A stretch of DNA of 64,000 nucleotides from Thermoanaerobaculales bacterium. GTDB lineage: Bacteria; Acidobacteriota; Thermoanaerobaculia; Thermoanaerobaculales; Sulfomarinibacteraceae. Position numbers and translations under genes: made by a program. Every line of letters begins with the position of its first letter. Position 1 is the stretch's first letter. Location of the stretch: positions 18,209 through 82,208 of the forward strand of contig JALOLD010000003.1 of NCBI GenBank assembly GCA_025456145.1, read 5' to 3'. Shown here piece after piece: positions 24,511 through 33,202 of the stretch. The notes under the pieces are model-generated. The model saw only the letters and a list, made by a program, of their open reading frames with translations. It made no database searches and was not told where the DNA came from.

Positions 24511-24975
24511 ATGAGGCGAGGGACCCTGCTCCGGGTGCTCGGGACGCTGGCGATCGCGGTGGCCGGCGGTGCCGCGCCCGCGGCTGCGGCCGACGAGGTC
24601 ACCGTGACGACCCCTTCGGGCGAGGCGGTCGGCTGGACGGGCTGGGTCGGCGATCGGGGACCGGTGGCGGCGCTGCTCTGGGCGTCCTGGATACCCGACG
24701 CCGGGGCGCAGCTCGAGGTGGTTCCGGCCATGGCCGCGGCCGCCAGGGCCAAAGGGCTCGAGCTGGTCTTGGTGACGGTGCAGGACGATCTCGAGGCGGC
24801 CGGTCGGGCGATCGGCGCGACCGAGGTTCCATGGCTCCACGACCGGCACGGCGAGCTGCTCAAGCACTACCGGGTGGTGCGGATCCCGGCGCTCCTCGTC
24901 ATCGGCCGGGACGGCCGGCTGATCGGCCGGCTCGAGCCCGACCCTCAGGCTCTCCGGGCCTGGAAGGGCGAGTGA
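24511..24975 (+). CDS. TlpA/thioredoxin-fold periplasmic protein lacking the CxxC active site
   Basis: The signal peptide is MRRGTLLRVLGTLAIAVAGGAAPAAAA. LLWASWIPDAGAQL aligns with the FWASWCxPC motif but has no Cys. VRIPALLVIGRDGRL is the typical C-terminal block. Confidence 0.7.
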   Translation: MRRGTLLRVLGTLAIAVAGGAAPAAAADEVTVTTPSGEAVGWTGWVGDRGPVAALLWASWIPDAGAQLEVVPAMAAAARAKGLELVLVTVQDDLEAAGRAIGATEVPWLHDRHGELLKHYRVVRIPALLVIGRDGRLIGRLEPDPQALRAWKGE

Positions 24976-24989
24976 GGGGGACCGCCCGG

Positions 24990-26219
24990 ATGCGGCCGTC
25001 CGGCCGGGCCGTTCTGGCCCTGGTCGCGCTGACCGCGGCCGGGGCGGCGGCGATCGGATGCGGGGGCGGCGCCGGCGAGAGCGAGGGCGCGACCGTCCCG
25101 GTCGAGGTCGCGCCGGTCGCCGCGTATCACCCGCCGGTGCGCGACATCGTCGGCCCGGGCGACACCATCGAGACGCTCAGCCGGCGTCTCGCGGGGGGCG
25201 ACTGGGTGGTCTGGCGGGATGCCCTGGCGGACGAGATGGACCCCCGCACGCTGCTCCCGGGGACGGTCTTCGACGGCGTTCGAGGTCCCGGAGGCCGGCT
25301 CGAGCGGCTGCGGATCGACCTCGACCGGAGGACCGAGCTCGAGCTCGAGACCGGCCCCGACGGAATCGTCAGCCGCCGGATCGAGCGCGAGATCACGAGC
25401 GAGGTTCTCAGGCTCGAGGGAGTCGTCACCTCCTCGCTGTTCGGCGCCGTGGCCGAGGCCGGCGGCCGACCGGCCCTGGCCGTCGCGCTCGCCGAGATCT
25501 TCCGCTGGGACGTCGACTTCCTGCGCGACCTCCGGAAGGGCGACCACTTCGTCGTGATCGTCGACGAGCAGCGGGTCGACGGCGAGTTCTTCCGCTACGG
25601 CACGGTCTTCGCCGCCCGCTTCGTCAACCGGGGCAGGGCGTTCAACGCGGTGATCTACCCCGACGCCAAGGGGCGGCTCGGCTACTACGACCTCGAGGGC
25701 ACGCCGCTGCGCAAGATGTTCCTCCGGTCGCCGCTCGCCTTCAGCCGGGTCACCTCGCGCTTCAGCATGAGCCGGATGCACCCGGTGCTGGGTCGTCGGA
25801 TGCCGCACTATGGCGTCGACTACGGGGCGCCGGTCGGCACTCCGGTCCAGGTCACGGCGGACGGCGTGGTCACCCTCGCCGGACGCAACGGCGGCGGCGG
25901 CAACACCGTCCGGGTCCGCCACGCCAACGGGTACGAGACCAACTACCTCCACCTCAGCCGGTACGGGCCGGGGATCCGCTCGGGGGTCAGGGTCAGCCAG
26001 GGGCAGGTCATCGGCTATGTCGGCTCGACCGGGCTGTCGACCGGTCCCCACCTCGACTACCGGGTGCGCCACAACGGCAGCTGGATCAACCCGCTGGCCA
26101 TCTCGTCGCCGCCGGTCGAGCCCCTCGAGGCGGACCGGCTCGAGCGCTTCCTCGGCCATGCGCTGGCGGTGACCGACCTGCTCGACGGCGGTGAGCCGCC
26201 GGTCGGGGCGCGCTGTTGA
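24990..26219 (+). CDS. M23-family metallopeptidase lipoprotein (peptidoglycan endopeptidase-like)
   Basis: The lipobox is LTAAGAAAIGC. M23 motifs are HYGVDYGAPVGTPV and GSTGLSTGPHLDYRV. Confidence 0.9.
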   Translation: MRPSGRAVLALVALTAAGAAAIGCGGGAGESEGATVPVEVAPVAAYHPPVRDIVGPGDTIETLSRRLAGGDWVVWRDALADEMDPRTLLPGTVFDGVRGPGGRLERLRIDLDRRTELELETGPDGIVSRRIEREITSEVLRLEGVVTSSLFGAVAEAGGRPALAVALAEIFRWDVDFLRDLRKGDHFVVIVDEQRVDGEFFRYGTVFAARFVNRGRAFNAVIYPDAKGRLGYYDLEGTPLRKMFLRSPLAFSRVTSRFSMSRMHPVLGRRMPHYGVDYGAPVGTPVQVTADGVVTLAGRNGGGGNTVRVRHANGYETNYLHLSRYGPGIRSGVRVSQGQVIGYVGSTGLSTGPHLDYRVRHNGSWINPLAISSPPVEPLEADRLERFLGHALAVTDLLDGGEPPVGARC

Positions 26220-27256
26220 GCGAACTGACCAGGACGGTCCGGGTGACGGCGCCGTGCCGTGCCGACCTCGCCGGCGGGACCCTCGACATCTGGCCGCTCG
26301 GCCAGCTCCACCCCGGCGCCCTCACCGTCAACATGGCGATCCCGGTCCTCGTCCGGCTCGAGATCGACGACGGCGCCGCGCTGCCCGTGGTCGAGCACAC
26401 GACCCCCGACGGAGTGGTTCGCCGCCTCGGTCCGGCCGATGCGGACGCCGATCTCACCGCGGCGATCGTGTTTGCCTTGGCTGCGAGCGGCGGGATCCGG
26501 GTCCGGGTCCTCGCCCAGGCGCCGCTGCGCTCGGGCCTCGGGGGATCGTCGGCCTACGGGGTTGCCCTGGCTCGGGGGATCGACCGCCTCCGAGGCGGCG
26601 CCGTCTCCGACGAGCGCCTCGTCGCGCTGGTGCGCGACCTCGAGGCACGGCTGCTCGGGGTACCGACCGGCGAGCAGGACCACTGGGCCGCGGTGCGGGG
26701 TGGCGTCCTCGCCGTCCACCTCGAGCCCGGGGGCAACCGGGTCGAGACGCTCACGGTCGATCCCGACTGGCTGCGCGACCGGGCGACCGTCGTCTTCACC
26801 GGGATTCGCCACCGCTCGGGCATGGTCAACTGGCGGGTCGTGCGGCGGCGGCTCGACGGCGACCGGGCGACCCGCGAGGCCTTCGGCGAGATCGCCGCGG
26901 CGGCGCGGGCCTGTCGAGACGGGCTGCTGGCGAGGGACGAGGCGGCGGTCGCCGCGGCGATCGCCGGCGACTGGCGGGCCCGGCGTCGGCTCGCTCCCGA
27001 GGTCAGCCCGCCGGAGATCGAAGGGCTCGTCGCGGTCGCCGGCGCCCACGGCGCGAGCGCGGTCAAGGCGTGCGGGGCGGGGGGCGGCGGCAGCCTGCTG
27101 ATCTGGCATCCCGCCGGCGGCCGCGAGGCGATCGCCGACGCGCTCGCCGCCGTCGCCCAGGGCGCGAGCGTGCTCTCGGTCGGCGCCGAGCTCGAGGGCT
27201 GCCGGACGTCGGAGGCTGACCCGGTCAGGGAATCCGGAGCTTCTGGCCGGGCTTGA
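26216..27256 (+). CDS. GHMP-family sugar kinase
   Basis: The GHMP motif II is PLRSGLGGSSAYGVA. The C-terminal region is KACGAGGGGSLLIW. The TTG start overlaps the M23 stop (TTGA). Confidence 0.8.
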   Translation: MSELTRTVRVTAPCRADLAGGTLDIWPLGQLHPGALTVNMAIPVLVRLEIDDGAALPVVEHTTPDGVVRRLGPADADADLTAAIVFALAASGGIRVRVLAQAPLRSGLGGSSAYGVALARGIDRLRGGAVSDERLVALVRDLEARLLGVPTGEQDHWAAVRGGVLAVHLEPGGNRVETLTVDPDWLRDRATVVFTGIRHRSGMVNWRVVRRRLDGDRATREAFGEIAAAARACRDGLLARDEAAVAAAIAGDWRARRRLAPEVSPPEIEGLVAVAGAHGASAVKACGAGGGGSLLIWHPAGGREAIADALAAVAQGASVLSVGAELEGCRTSEADPVRESGASGRA

Positions 27257-27671
27257 TGAGATCCGGGTTGTCGAGGATGTCGCGGTTGGCCTCGAAGATC
27301 TTCATGTACTGGTTGGCCTTGCCGTAGTACTTGGCGGAGATGTGGCTCAGGGTCTCGCCCTTGACGACCATGTGGTAGCGCTCGGTCGGCGACTCCTCGT
27401 CGGCCTCGGTCACGACCGGCGCCGCGGCGGGGGCGGGCGCCGGGGCCGGTTTGTCGATCTTGATCGCGTTGACGATGTTGTCCGGCTTGACCCGCTGGTC
27501 CATCTCCTCCATGACGCGGGTGGCGATCTGGCGGCTCGCCGCCTCGCCGCGCAGCGTCACCACCTCGCCCGCGACATCGGCGCTGAGGTTGCGGACTCCG
27601 AGGTTCATCTTCTTGATCTCGGCGACGGCCTCGGTCACCTTCTCGTTGAATGACTTTCCGAACAGGCCCAT
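27225..27671 (-). CDS. BON-LysM domain protein (Kbp/YgaU-like)
   Basis: It starts MGLFGKSF like E. coli Kbp. The BON region is VAGEVVTLRGEAAS. The LysM region is YHMVVKGETLSHISAKYYGKANQYMKIFEANRDILDNPDLIKPGQKLRIP. ATG 27669-27671 is preceded by AAGGAG. The rest of ORF 27225..28310 is rejected. Confidence 0.88.
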   Translation of the reverse strand: MGLFGKSFNEKVTEAVAEIKKMNLGVRNLSADVAGEVVTLRGEAASRQIATRVMEEMDQRVKPDNIVNAIKIDKPAPAPAPAAAPVVTEADEESPTERYHMVVKGETLSHISAKYYGKANQYMKIFEANRDILDNPDLIKPGQKLRIP

Positions 27672-27807
27672 GATCGTGCTCCTTGTTGCCTCGTGGCGAG
27701 CTGTGGATGTCTCGTGACAGACTATAGCAGGGATCGCCCGCACCACGCCGGGGGGCTCGGCGGCGGATCGAGCCCGGGCCCCGGGCCCGGAGGAGGGGAC
27801 GAGGACC

Positions 27808-30126
27808 ATGGACGATCGTACGCTCCATCTCGGCTCGGAGCCCGGCGGCGGCCCGGTCGTCGGGCTCGACGCCGACCATCTGACGACCCACGCCGTGTGC
27901 CTCGGGATGACCGGCTCGGGCAAGACCGGGCTCGGGATCGTCGCCCTCGAGGAGCTGGCGCGGCGCGGCGTGCCCTTGCTCGTCGTCGACCTCAAGGGCG
28001 ACATGGTCGATCTGCTGCTCAACTTCCCGGAGCTCGATGCGGCGTCGTTCGCGCCGTGGGTGCCCGCCGACGAGGTCGGCGACCGCGACCGCCTCGAGGT
28101 GGCGACCGAGGTCGCCGAGCGCTGGCGCCTGGGTCTTGCCGGGCACGGCCTCGGACCGGGCGACCTCGCGTCGGTGCGACACGGCGTCGAGTGGCGGCTG
28201 CTGACCCCCGGGGCGGCGACCCTCGCGCCCCTCGACATCGTCCCGGCTCTCGGCGCGCCCGCCGGGTGGGATCCCGATGCCGATCCGGATGCCGCCACCG
28301 ACCGGGTCAACGGGGTCGCCGGGGCGATCCTGTCGCTGGTCGGACGGGGCGGCGACCCGCTCGCCGACCGCGATCAGGTGCTCACCGCGTCGGTCATCCT
28401 GGAGCACTGGCGGCGCGGCGAGGCCCTCGACCTCGTCCGGCTCCTGACCAGCCTCGCCGACCCGCCGTTCGAGGCCCTCGGCGCGCTCCCGCTCGACGTG
28501 TTCTACCCGCGCGACGAGCGGCTGCGGCTGGTGATGGCCCTCAACACCCTGCTCGCCAGCCCGGCCTTTGCCGCCTGGACGACCGGGACGCCCCTGACGA
28601 TGGAGGAGCTGCTCGGTCTGCCGGGACGGCCGCGTGCGACGATCGTCACCGTCGCCCACCTCGACGAGGCGCAGCGGCTCTTCGTCATCGGTCTGCTGGT
28701 CTCCGAGCTCGTCGCGTGGATGCGGGGTCAGCCGGCCTCGTCCGGTCTGCGCGCCCTGCTCTACATGGACGAGGTGCACGGCATCCTGCCGCCCCACCCG
28801 GCGAGCCCGCCGACCAAGGGCCCGCTGTTGACCCTGCTCAAGCAGGGCCGGGCGTTCGGGGTCGGCGCCTGGCTCGCGACCCAGAACCCGGTCGACCTCG
28901 ACTACAAGGCCCTCGGCAACGCCGGGGTCAAGCTGATCGGCCGGCTGGTCACCGACCGCGATCGCGACCGCGCCCTCGAGGGGCTCGGGATGGGCGGCGT
29001 CTCCGGGGGTGAGGACCCGGCCGCACTCGTCGCTCGCCTCGGCAAGCGGGAGTTTCTGCTCGACGACGTCCGTCGGGCGCCGCGGGTCGTCCGTTTCGCC
29101 TCGCGGTGGGCGATGAGCTATCTGCGCGGGCCGGTGACCCTCTCCGAGATGAGGCCGCTCGTCGCGCCATGGAGCGGGGGTGGCGAGACCGGAAGGGCCG
29201 CCGTCGAGCCACCGGCCCGACCGGCAGCCGAGAACGGCGCCGCGTCGCCGCCGCTGCTCGAGCACGCGGTGGTGAGCCGGTTCGACCCGAGGGCGAGGGG
29301 ACCGGCCCGGCCGTGGCTGCTCGTCCGCTCGCGAACCCTGGTCAGCCGCGCCGGCCTCGGGCTTCACCGCGAGCTCGAGGAGATCTGGCGGATCCCGGTC
29401 GGCGAGGGCGGCGAGCTCGTCTGGGAGGGGTGCGAGCTCCTCGCCGATGTCCCCGAGCTCGCCGAGACCCCACCACCGGGCATGCTCTTCCCGAGGTCGG
29501 CCCCGCCGCGGCTCGGCGCCGCGCTCGAACGGATCGGACGGGACTTCGCCGGCTGGCGGTCGCGGCGTCCGTTCGAGGCGCTCGCCAACCCGGCGCTCGA
29601 CCTCGTCGCCGAGGCCGGCGAGAGCCGTGAGGCCTTCATCGAACGCTGCCGGATCGCCGCCGATCGGGCCGACGATGCCGACCAGGCCCGGGCAAGGGCC
29701 CGCTTCGAGAAGCGCGCCAACGCCCTCGAGACCCGGCTCGCGCGCGAGCGCGACGAGCTCGGGCGGGATCAGCGCTCGCTCGAGGCCCGTCGGGCCGAGG
29801 AGAAGCTCGGCCTGGTCGAGGGCCTGTTCTCGGTCCTGGTCGGGTCGGGGAGCCTGAGGACGGCGTCGAGGCGGGCGGCCGGCACCGCCCGGACGGCGGC
29901 CAGCAAGCGGCGGATGCGGCAGAGCGCCGAGGGCGCCGTCACCGAGTCGGTCAACGAGATCGAGCGGCTCGAGGCGGAGCTCGAGGAGCTCGCCGCCGAG
30001 CTCCAGGCCGAGGTCGACCGGATCGCCGACGAGTCGGAGCGGATAGCGGCGCGGCTCGAGACCGTCGCCGTCAGGCCGGTCCAGCGCGATGTCGAGATCG
30101 CCGAGCTCCGGGTCGTCTGGTCGTGA
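27808..30126 (+). CDS. HerA/FtsK-superfamily P-loop ATPase (DUF87-like) with a long C-terminal coiled-coil region
   Basis: The Walker A is GMTGSGKTG next to VPLLVVDLKGD. The Walker-B-like block is ALLYMDEVH. AWLATQNPVDLD is also present. The C-terminal ~250 aa are Glu/Arg/Ala-rich heptad-like (EIERLEAELEELAAELQAEVDRIA). Confidence 0.75.
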   Translation: MDDRTLHLGSEPGGGPVVGLDADHLTTHAVCLGMTGSGKTGLGIVALEELARRGVPLLVVDLKGDMVDLLLNFPELDAASFAPWVPADEVGDRDRLEVATEVAERWRLGLAGHGLGPGDLASVRHGVEWRLLTPGAATLAPLDIVPALGAPAGWDPDADPDAATDRVNGVAGAILSLVGRGGDPLADRDQVLTASVILEHWRRGEALDLVRLLTSLADPPFEALGALPLDVFYPRDERLRLVMALNTLLASPAFAAWTTGTPLTMEELLGLPGRPRATIVTVAHLDEAQRLFVIGLLVSELVAWMRGQPASSGLRALLYMDEVHGILPPHPASPPTKGPLLTLLKQGRAFGVGAWLATQNPVDLDYKALGNAGVKLIGRLVTDRDRDRALEGLGMGGVSGGEDPAALVARLGKREFLLDDVRRAPRVVRFASRWAMSYLRGPVTLSEMRPLVAPWSGGGETGRAAVEPPARPAAENGAASPPLLEHAVVSRFDPRARGPARPWLLVRSRTLVSRAGLGLHRELEEIWRIPVGEGGELVWEGCELLADVPELAETPPPGMLFPRSAPPRLGAALERIGRDFAGWRSRRPFEALANPALDLVAEAGESREAFIERCRIAADRADDADQARARARFEKRANALETRLARERDELGRDQRSLEARRAEEKLGLVEGLFSVLVGSGSLRTASRRAAGTARTAASKRRMRQSAEGAVTESVNEIERLEAELEELAAELQAEVDRIADESERIAARLETVAVRPVQRDVEIAELRVVWS

Positions 30127-30175
30127 TTCCCGGTCGCATCGCTGCTATCCTCGGCAGCGGGGAGGGGATCAGGGC

Positions 30176-30649
30176 ATGACCACTGCCACCACGGTCATCC
30201 TCGCCCGTCACGGCGAGGCGGCGAGCACCATCGACAACCCCGAGCGGCCGCTGACCATCGTCGGGCGGCAGCAGGCGGAACGGATCGCCGGCTGGCTCGC
30301 CGCTCGCGGCTTCCCGGTCGACGAGATCGGCCACTCGAGCAAGGCGAGGGCGCGGCAGACCGCGAAGATCCTCGGCCGCCGGCTCGGGCTCCCGCCCTCC
30401 CGGGTTCGCGAAAGGCCCGGGCTGACGCCCGACGCCGATCCGGCCCCGCTGGTCGTCGAGCTCGAGGCCGACGACCGCTCGCTCGCTCTGGTCGGCCACC
30501 TGCCGCTGCTCGCCCGGCTGGCGAGCACGATGCTGGTCGGCGACCCGGACCGGCTCGATCTCCGCTTCGACGAGGCCGGGGTCGTGGTGCTCTCGCGCTG
30601 CCGCGGCGGCTGGCGGATCGACGCTCTGGCCGGGCCGGATACCGTGTGA
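30176..30649 (+). CDS. sixA: Phosphohistidine phosphatase SixA-like (histidine phosphatase superfamily)
   Basis: VILARHGEA is the RHG motif, LVGHLP is also present, and the size of about 157 aa fits. ATG 30176 is preceded by GGAGGGG. Confidence 0.8.
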   Translation: MTTATTVILARHGEAASTIDNPERPLTIVGRQQAERIAGWLAARGFPVDEIGHSSKARARQTAKILGRRLGLPPSRVRERPGLTPDADPAPLVVELEADDRSLALVGHLPLLARLASTMLVGDPDRLDLRFDEAGVVVLSRCRGGWRIDALAGPDTV

Positions 30650-30671
30650 CGACGGACCGGGAGACCGCGGG

Positions 30672-31082
30672 ATGAACGACGCCGACGCCGCCGTGGTCCG
30701 CGTACGCGACGCCGCGAGCGGTCACGAGCTCTCGGCATGGGTGTGTCGGGCGGGCGGTGACGTGGTGATTGCCGTGTCCGGCGGCGACCGGCCCCACGTC
30801 GGCTGTGTCGTACTCGCGACGCCGAGCCCGAAGGGCCCCGATAGCTCGCCCTCGGTCTCGGTCCTGACGATCCCGCCGCACAAGGAGGAGCCGATCGCCC
30901 GGGCGGTGGCGGTCGAGGCCTGCCGGCGGCACCACGGCGTGGTCGTGGTCACCGCCGGGGTCCACGAGGACGGGCTCGACCGCGAGGGCATCGCGATCTA
31001 CCTGAGGCTCGGCGACGAGCTCGCCGCGGCGGTCGCCGATCGGCTCTGCGGTCCGCTCGCCGAGCCTCCCGGGGTAGAATGA
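30672..31082 (+). CDS. Small conserved hypothetical protein, translationally coupled to the downstream YYY membrane protein
   Basis: The 136-aa ORF has good composition. Motifs SGGDRPHVGCVVLA and IPPHKEEP weakly recall the LpdD/PAC2-like chaperone fold. The stop overlaps the next start (ATGA at 31079-31082). Confidence 0.6.
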   Translation: MNDADAAVVRVRDAASGHELSAWVCRAGGDVVIAVSGGDRPHVGCVVLATPSPKGPDSSPSVSVLTIPPHKEEPIARAVAVEACRRHHGVVVVTAGVHEDGLDREGIAIYLRLGDELAAAVADRLCGPLAEPPGVE

Positions 31083-33124
31083 CCGCAGGCATGAGCCTGC
31101 TGCTGCTCTACATCCTGATCACCCTTCCGGCCTTCGGCGGCCGGGCCATCGCCGTGCGGGCGCTCGGCTTCGACGACGCCGAGGGGTGGGCGCTCGGGCG
31201 GACCCTCGGCCTGGTCGTGACCGCCCTCCCGGCATGGTGGGCCGGCGCCCTCGGGCTCGCGGGGTGGCGCTGGCTCGGCGTCGCGCTCTGGGCGGCGTGC
31301 ACGGTCTGGGGCCTGGTCGACTGGCGCCGCCGGCGCCCGGAGTGGCGGGCCGTGGCCCGGGCCGAGGCGGTCTTCGTCGTCTGCGCGGTGGCGGTGATCT
31401 GGCTCCGGCTCGCGCGACCGGACATCGTCGGCCAGGAAAAGCTCATGGATCTCGGGATCTTCGCCACGCTGCTCCGCGCCGAGGCCTTCCCGCCGCCCGA
31501 CATGTGGCTCGCCGGCGAGACCCTGCCCTACTACTACTGGGGAGCGATGATCTGGACCATACCTCTGACCCTCGCCCGGGTCCCCCTCGACCTCGCCTAC
31601 AACCTGGTCGTCGCGGCGGTCGGAGGGCTCGCCGGCTGTCTCCTCTTCGCGCTCGGCGGGCGGGCGGCCGAGGGACGCTGGGCGGGCTGGCTGGCGGCCG
31701 GCGTCGGGCTGTTCGCCGGCACCGCCGACGGGCTTCGCCAGCTCGTCGCCGGCCGGGCCCTGGCCGGCCTCGACCTCTGGCACTCGTCGCGCCAGGTGGC
31801 CGATACGATCACCGAGTGGCCGCTCTTCACCCTGTGGCTCGGCGATCTCCACCCGCACCTGCTGTCGATGCCGCTGGCCCTCGCGGCCGTGCTGCTCGCC
31901 TGGCAGGCCGGGCGCGAGGGTCCTCGCGCGGCCACCGTCGCCGCGGTCGCCGTGCTCGTCGGGGTGACCTGGGCGGCCAACCCGTGGGCGATGCCGCCGA
32001 CCCTGGTCGGCGCGGCGCTGATGGTGCTGTGCGGCGACGGGATCTGGCACTGGCCGGGGCGCGAGGGCTGGCCGCGCTGGGCGGCGGTGATCGTGATCGC
32101 GGTCGGCTCGTGGCTCGCCGTCGCACCCTTCCACCTGAGCTTCCACCCGCCCTTCCAGGGGGTGGCGGCGGTCAGGGCGTGGACATCGCCGATCGAGCTC
32201 GCGCTGTGGGGCGGCCTCCTCCTCCTGCCGGCGTTCGCCGCGAGCTGGGCGCTGCTCGGCCGGATGGTCGGCGTCGACGGCCGCGGACGGGCGATCGCGG
32301 CGTCGGCAGCGGCGGTCGCCCTGGTGGTCGCTTCGCTGGTCGGACGGCCGGCACTGGTCCTCCTCGCGGCGCTGCTCGCCGTGCTCGTCCTCGCCGCGGT
32401 AACCGGGCCGGCGGGACGCGAACGGCCGGCGATCGCCCTCGCCGCCCTCGGCGTCTTCCTGCTCGCGGTCCCCGAGGTTCTCCACGTCGTCGACAGCTAT
32501 GGCGACCAGCTCCACCGGATGAACACCGTCTTCAAGTGCTACATCCAGGCGTGGCTCCTCCTCGCGATCGCCTTTCCGGCGCTGCTCGCGACAGGTCTGA
32601 CCCGACGGCCGGCTCGCATCGCGGTCGGCGCGCTGCTCGGGCTGCTCGCGCTGCCCCACCCGGTCGGGCTCGCCGTGCAGCCGTTCATCGCGGAGCGGCT
32701 CGGGATCGACGGTCTGGCATGGCTCGCCGACGGCGACCGTGCGATCGTCCGTCACCTGCGGACGCTGCCGCCGGGGACCCACCTGGTCGAGGCGGTGGGT
32801 GGTGCCTACACCGAGTACGCGAGGATCTCGTCGGCGAGCGGCGTCCCGGCGCTGCTCGGCTGGTCCAACCACGAGCTCGTCTGGCGGGGCCCCGGGGTGA
32901 CTCGGGAGACCGAGCGCCGGCGCGCCCTGGTCGACCGGATCTACCGCAGCGGCGATCCGGAGATGGTCGCAGCGGCGGTCCGCGAGGCCGGCGTCGAGGT
33001 CGTGGTGATCGGGGCGCTCGAGCGGCGCGACTTCGAGGCCGCTCACCTCGAGGCGGTCCGCCGCGCCGGCCGGACGGTCGTCCTCGCCGACGACGGCGAG
33101 GTCGTGCTGTTCGACGGCGGCTGA
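31079..33124 (+). CDS. DUF2298 / chlor_Arch_YYY-domain polytopic membrane protein (GT-C-like putative glycosyltransferase)
   Basis: There are many TM helices. The eponymous motif is ETLPYYYWGAMIW, and TEWPLFTLWLGDLHPHLLSMP is also present. A C-terminal soluble domain is present. Confidence 0.8.
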   Translation: MTAGMSLLLLYILITLPAFGGRAIAVRALGFDDAEGWALGRTLGLVVTALPAWWAGALGLAGWRWLGVALWAACTVWGLVDWRRRRPEWRAVARAEAVFVVCAVAVIWLRLARPDIVGQEKLMDLGIFATLLRAEAFPPPDMWLAGETLPYYYWGAMIWTIPLTLARVPLDLAYNLVVAAVGGLAGCLLFALGGRAAEGRWAGWLAAGVGLFAGTADGLRQLVAGRALAGLDLWHSSRQVADTITEWPLFTLWLGDLHPHLLSMPLALAAVLLAWQAGREGPRAATVAAVAVLVGVTWAANPWAMPPTLVGAALMVLCGDGIWHWPGREGWPRWAAVIVIAVGSWLAVAPFHLSFHPPFQGVAAVRAWTSPIELALWGGLLLLPAFAASWALLGRMVGVDGRGRAIAASAAAVALVVASLVGRPALVLLAALLAVLVLAAVTGPAGRERPAIALAALGVFLLAVPEVLHVVDSYGDQLHRMNTVFKCYIQAWLLLAIAFPALLATGLTRRPARIAVGALLGLLALPHPVGLAVQPFIAERLGIDGLAWLADGDRAIVRHLRTLPPGTHLVEAVGGAYTEYARISSASGVPALLGWSNHELVWRGPGVTRETERRRALVDRIYRSGDPEMVAAAVREAGVEVVVIGALERRDFEAAHLEAVRRAGRTVVLADDGEVVLFDGG

Positions 33125-33202
33125 GCCGCCGGGCGCTTGCGACGGGGGCGACGGCCGCTGTAGATTGAGCGCCGGTCGTGGTTCACAACCCGGGGAGGAT
33201 GG

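Noticed and set aside
27225-27256. A 32-bp overlap of the convergent 3' ends of the GHMP kinase and the BON-LysM gene, considered as a possible mis-call or antisense regulatory arrangement.
   Set aside because: Both genes have strong motif support right up to their C-terminal regions. Short convergent overlaps are common in compact high-GC genomes. The last ~10 codons of the GHMP ORF (ESGASGRA) may simply be a non-conserved tail.
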